NCBI GenBank assembly: GCA_963740315.1
Contig: CAVUDP010000002.1
Coordinates: 352,001-416,000, forward strand
Reading direction: 5' to 3'
Length of the DNA stretch: 64,000 nt
Source: an uncultured cyanobacterium
GTDB taxonomy: Bacteria > Cyanobacteriota > Cyanobacteriia > Cyanobacteriales > Nostocaceae
Below, piece by piece: positions 61,341 to 64,000 of the stretch (its first letter is position 1; every line of letters starts with the position of its first letter). The position numbers were made by a program, and so were the translations under genes. Below the pieces are notes generated by a model. That model made no database searches, was not told where the DNA came from, and worked only from the letters and a program-made list of their open reading frames with translations.

Positions 61341-62563
61341 GTGATTACTCTAACCCTATTAGAAGCGCAAAACAAAACGCCGCTAGAAGATTGGGGCTTT
61401 GATGAATCCTCGGTGATTCGGGTTGGGCGAGCAGCAGATAATGATATTGTTTTGGATAGTAATTTAGTTTCTCGATATCATTTAGAACTGAGAAATACAG
61501 GTTCTGCTGGCAATGTTGATTCTTGGGAAGCGATTAGTAAGGGTACTAATGGGACTTTTCTTAACGGTGTGCTGATGCTGCACGCTCAAATAACAAGCAA
61601 TTGTTTCCTGCAATTGGCGCGGGGTGGTCCTATTTTAAGATTTGAATTTTCAAAGCCAGAAGTGCAACCAACATCTGCAAATATTCCCGCTGCTGCATCC
61701 GCTACCTGCACCCATGAAGGAAACTCACCCGATAATTTATTTTGCATTTACTGCGGTAAACCCCTGAAAGTACAGCTAACAATTCGCCACTATCAGGTGC
61801 TGCGAACGTTGGGACGGGGGGGATGGGTACTACCTACTTGGCTTGGGACCCCAGTGGTGTAACCGCAGGGCATCCCCAGTTATTGGTGCTGAAACAAATG
61901 AATGCCGACATGGCGAAAATTGCCAAAGCACGGGAATTATTTCAGCGGGAAGCGGATACTTTAGGATTACTCAGTCACCCTGGAATCCCCAAATATTACG
62001 ACTTTTTTGTGGAAGACGAGAAAAAATATTTGGCGATGGAGTTAATCCACGGACAAGATTTGGAAAAATTTGTTTATCGCAAGGGACCCGTAACTTTAAA
62101 TCAAGCCGTTGAATGGGCGATCCAAACTTGCGATATCTTAGATTATCTGCATGGTAAAAATCCACCATTGATTCACCGCGATATCAAACCGGCTAATCTA
62201 ATGATGCGAAATTCCAACAATCGCATAGTTGTGCTGGATTTTGGCGCTGTTAAGGAAATCGGTACTGCACCGGGGACTCGTATAGGTGCAGAAGGATACT
62301 GCGCCCCAGAACAAGAACGGGGACAGCCCTTAACTCAATCGGATTTATATGCCATTGGACCAACTTTAATCTTTTTACTTACTGGGGAAAACCCATTCAA
62401 GTTTTACCGTCAGCAAGGACGAAACTTTAGGTTTGATGTCGCAAAAGTTCCCACTATCACCCCTAAGTTAAAAGAAGTAATAGACAAAGTTACAGAACCT
62501 CTACCACGGGATAGATATCAGACGGCTAAAGAACTTGCAGCAGCATTAGCAGCCGTTTTATGA
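61341..62563 (+). pseudogene. FHA-domain Ser/Thr protein kinase split by a single-base frameshift (true mutation or sequencing error)
   Basis: Frame 1 has FHA (GRAADND..VSRYH..NGTF), a zinc motif and ...LGRGG; frame 2 continues MGTTY...HRDIKPAN..DFG. The break is in G7 at 61816-61822, where G8 would restore LGRGGMGTTY. Confidence 0.75.
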
Positions 62564-62670
62564 ATTTGAATATGTAAGTTGATAGCTTTAGTTAAAAGAT
62601 AGGATGAAAAATGAAGCTATTAACTCATTCTTCATCCTTTTATCCTTTCATACTTTTATCCTTTCATACT

Positions 62671-62889
62671 TTACTCTTCATCCCATCCTTCTACTACCAG
62701 CAAATCCTTTACGGGGTCTTGCATAGTAAATCCGAAATCGACCAGTTCGCGTTTCCAGTGTTGCCATTCGTCGCCGTAAAGCAAAGCAATCTTCCAGATG
62801 CTATCTGTAGGCTTAATGATTTTAGAATCTACGAGCGATTGAACATTGCGTTGCAATTTCACCATTGGGTGAATTACTTGTTGAGTCAT
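62671..62889 (-). CDS. DUF4327 family protein
   Basis: HPMVKLQR.V.SLV...IIKP.D.IWKI..L.GD.W..WK.EL..F.F..QDP. Confidence 0.8.
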   Translation of the reverse strand: MTQQVIHPMVKLQRNVQSLVDSKIIKPTDSIWKIALLYGDEWQHWKRELVDFGFTMQDPVKDLLVVEGWDEE

Positions 62890-63809
62890 AACCTCAAGTC
62901 AAATCTAATGAAAGTTTAGGTAAATGCTTAATCAAAAATGCTTTCCGTTTTGCAATTATGCTCTCTGCGTAGAGTTTGGTAATGCACGCAAAGCAAGTCT
63001 CACTATTCTTGAATATAGCATAACTATTTCCACATGGTTACTGTTAATTTCGGTTTTGTTCGGTAATCACCACTAATAAGCTTGAGAACTCAGCAAAAGT
63101 TATTAGGCTTACTTATCAAACAGATTAATTTGTCAGCAACTTTGTAGATTTAGCACAATTAAAGAAGATTTTTTTCATCTTTTATGCTTAATTCAACACA
63201 ATATGTACAAATCATGACAAATACTATATTGAGTAAGAAATTTGCTACATGATTTTGCACGACGGTGATACTGTAAAGCTTGTGAATATTCACCGTTTTT
63301 GTTAATCGTTATCTACATTATCGCAAACATCTAGATTTTAATACCATCTAAAGATTTTCTTTACATTAATTTAATAATTGCTCATCTCTGGGAGTGTCTC
63401 AGAGATAACATCAGATAAGTTGTAGTTAAAGCCAGGAAGCCGATCCAAGGTTTTTTGTATATTTGTTCGATATTATGGAATTAATAAAATAAATGTGAAT
63501 TGCATAAAGTTATCAATAAATAATTGAGATTTTGCTGTGCGTCATCTGACATTAGGCAGAAGTTTATTTTATTTCACCCGAATGCACCTTTATCTCTATT
63601 CCCGGAATATTTTCGTGAAGAGATGATTTTTTTTGTTATGCAACGAGTCAGAAAGCGGGTTTGTGCTATCAAGCTGGAATATGCCGATTACCTTCGGTAG
63701 AGCTTCGCTTAACGCACAATGAAAAAATCATGTTTCTACTATGAGAAACCGAGTTACTTAGGGCAAGTTGCTCGTAGTGCAAAATGTGTGTATATGCATA
63801 ATCATGTTG

Positions 63810-63990
63810 TGTTATTGCGAGGAAATACGACGAAGTGACGAAAGTTTTGTCATTGCCAGGGGGCACGACGAAGCAATCCCAGTCGTTAAGGATAATTGTA
63901 TTGTGCGATCGCCCCCCAGAAAGTTTTGTCATAGGGGGCACGACGAAGCAATCCCAATGGTTAATTGTGTTTTGCGATCGCCCCCCAATC
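63810..63990. repeat. Tandem REP-like units containing HIP1
   Basis: GAAAGTTTTGTCAT..AGGGGGCACGACGAAGCAATCCCA..TAATTGT..TGCGATCGCCCCCCA twice, plus a degenerate upstream copy. Confidence 0.75.
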
Positions 63991-64000
63991 ACATCGACAC

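Overview
Chromosomal segment of a heterocyst-forming filamentous cyanobacterium (Nostocales, inferred from hetF, the NsiR1-type array, many HIP1 GCGATCGC sites and heptamer STRR tracts). Most of it is housekeeping and signalling genes: murT-gatD, egtC-egtB-egtD, chlM, nagA, purE, amt1, thiD, glnB, rdgB, a phosphohexomutase, queC, pyrE, thiC with a TPP riboswitch, a CAU-anticodon tRNA, several Ser/Thr and His kinases and a PP2C phosphatase. Four things stand out. (1) A chromosomal actin-like ParM plus ParR-like operon (45089-46773) has no plasmid context and no visible centromere array, which fits a segregation system repurposed as a cytoskeleton. (2) A 12-unit tandem array of small promoter-sRNA-terminator cassettes (NsiR1-type, TCCGGA DIF1 promoters) lies divergent from hetF, with a 13th promoter-only unit. 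(3) A McrB-like/LlaJI-like restriction pair sits at the left edge. (4) An FHA-kinase gene is broken by one missing G in a G-run. The intergenic DNA is full of small dispersed repeats (GTAG-REP doublets, nested SDR-like elements), and one of them supplies the stop codon of a 1941-aa kinase. All product calls come from motif recognition by eye; no database searches were run.
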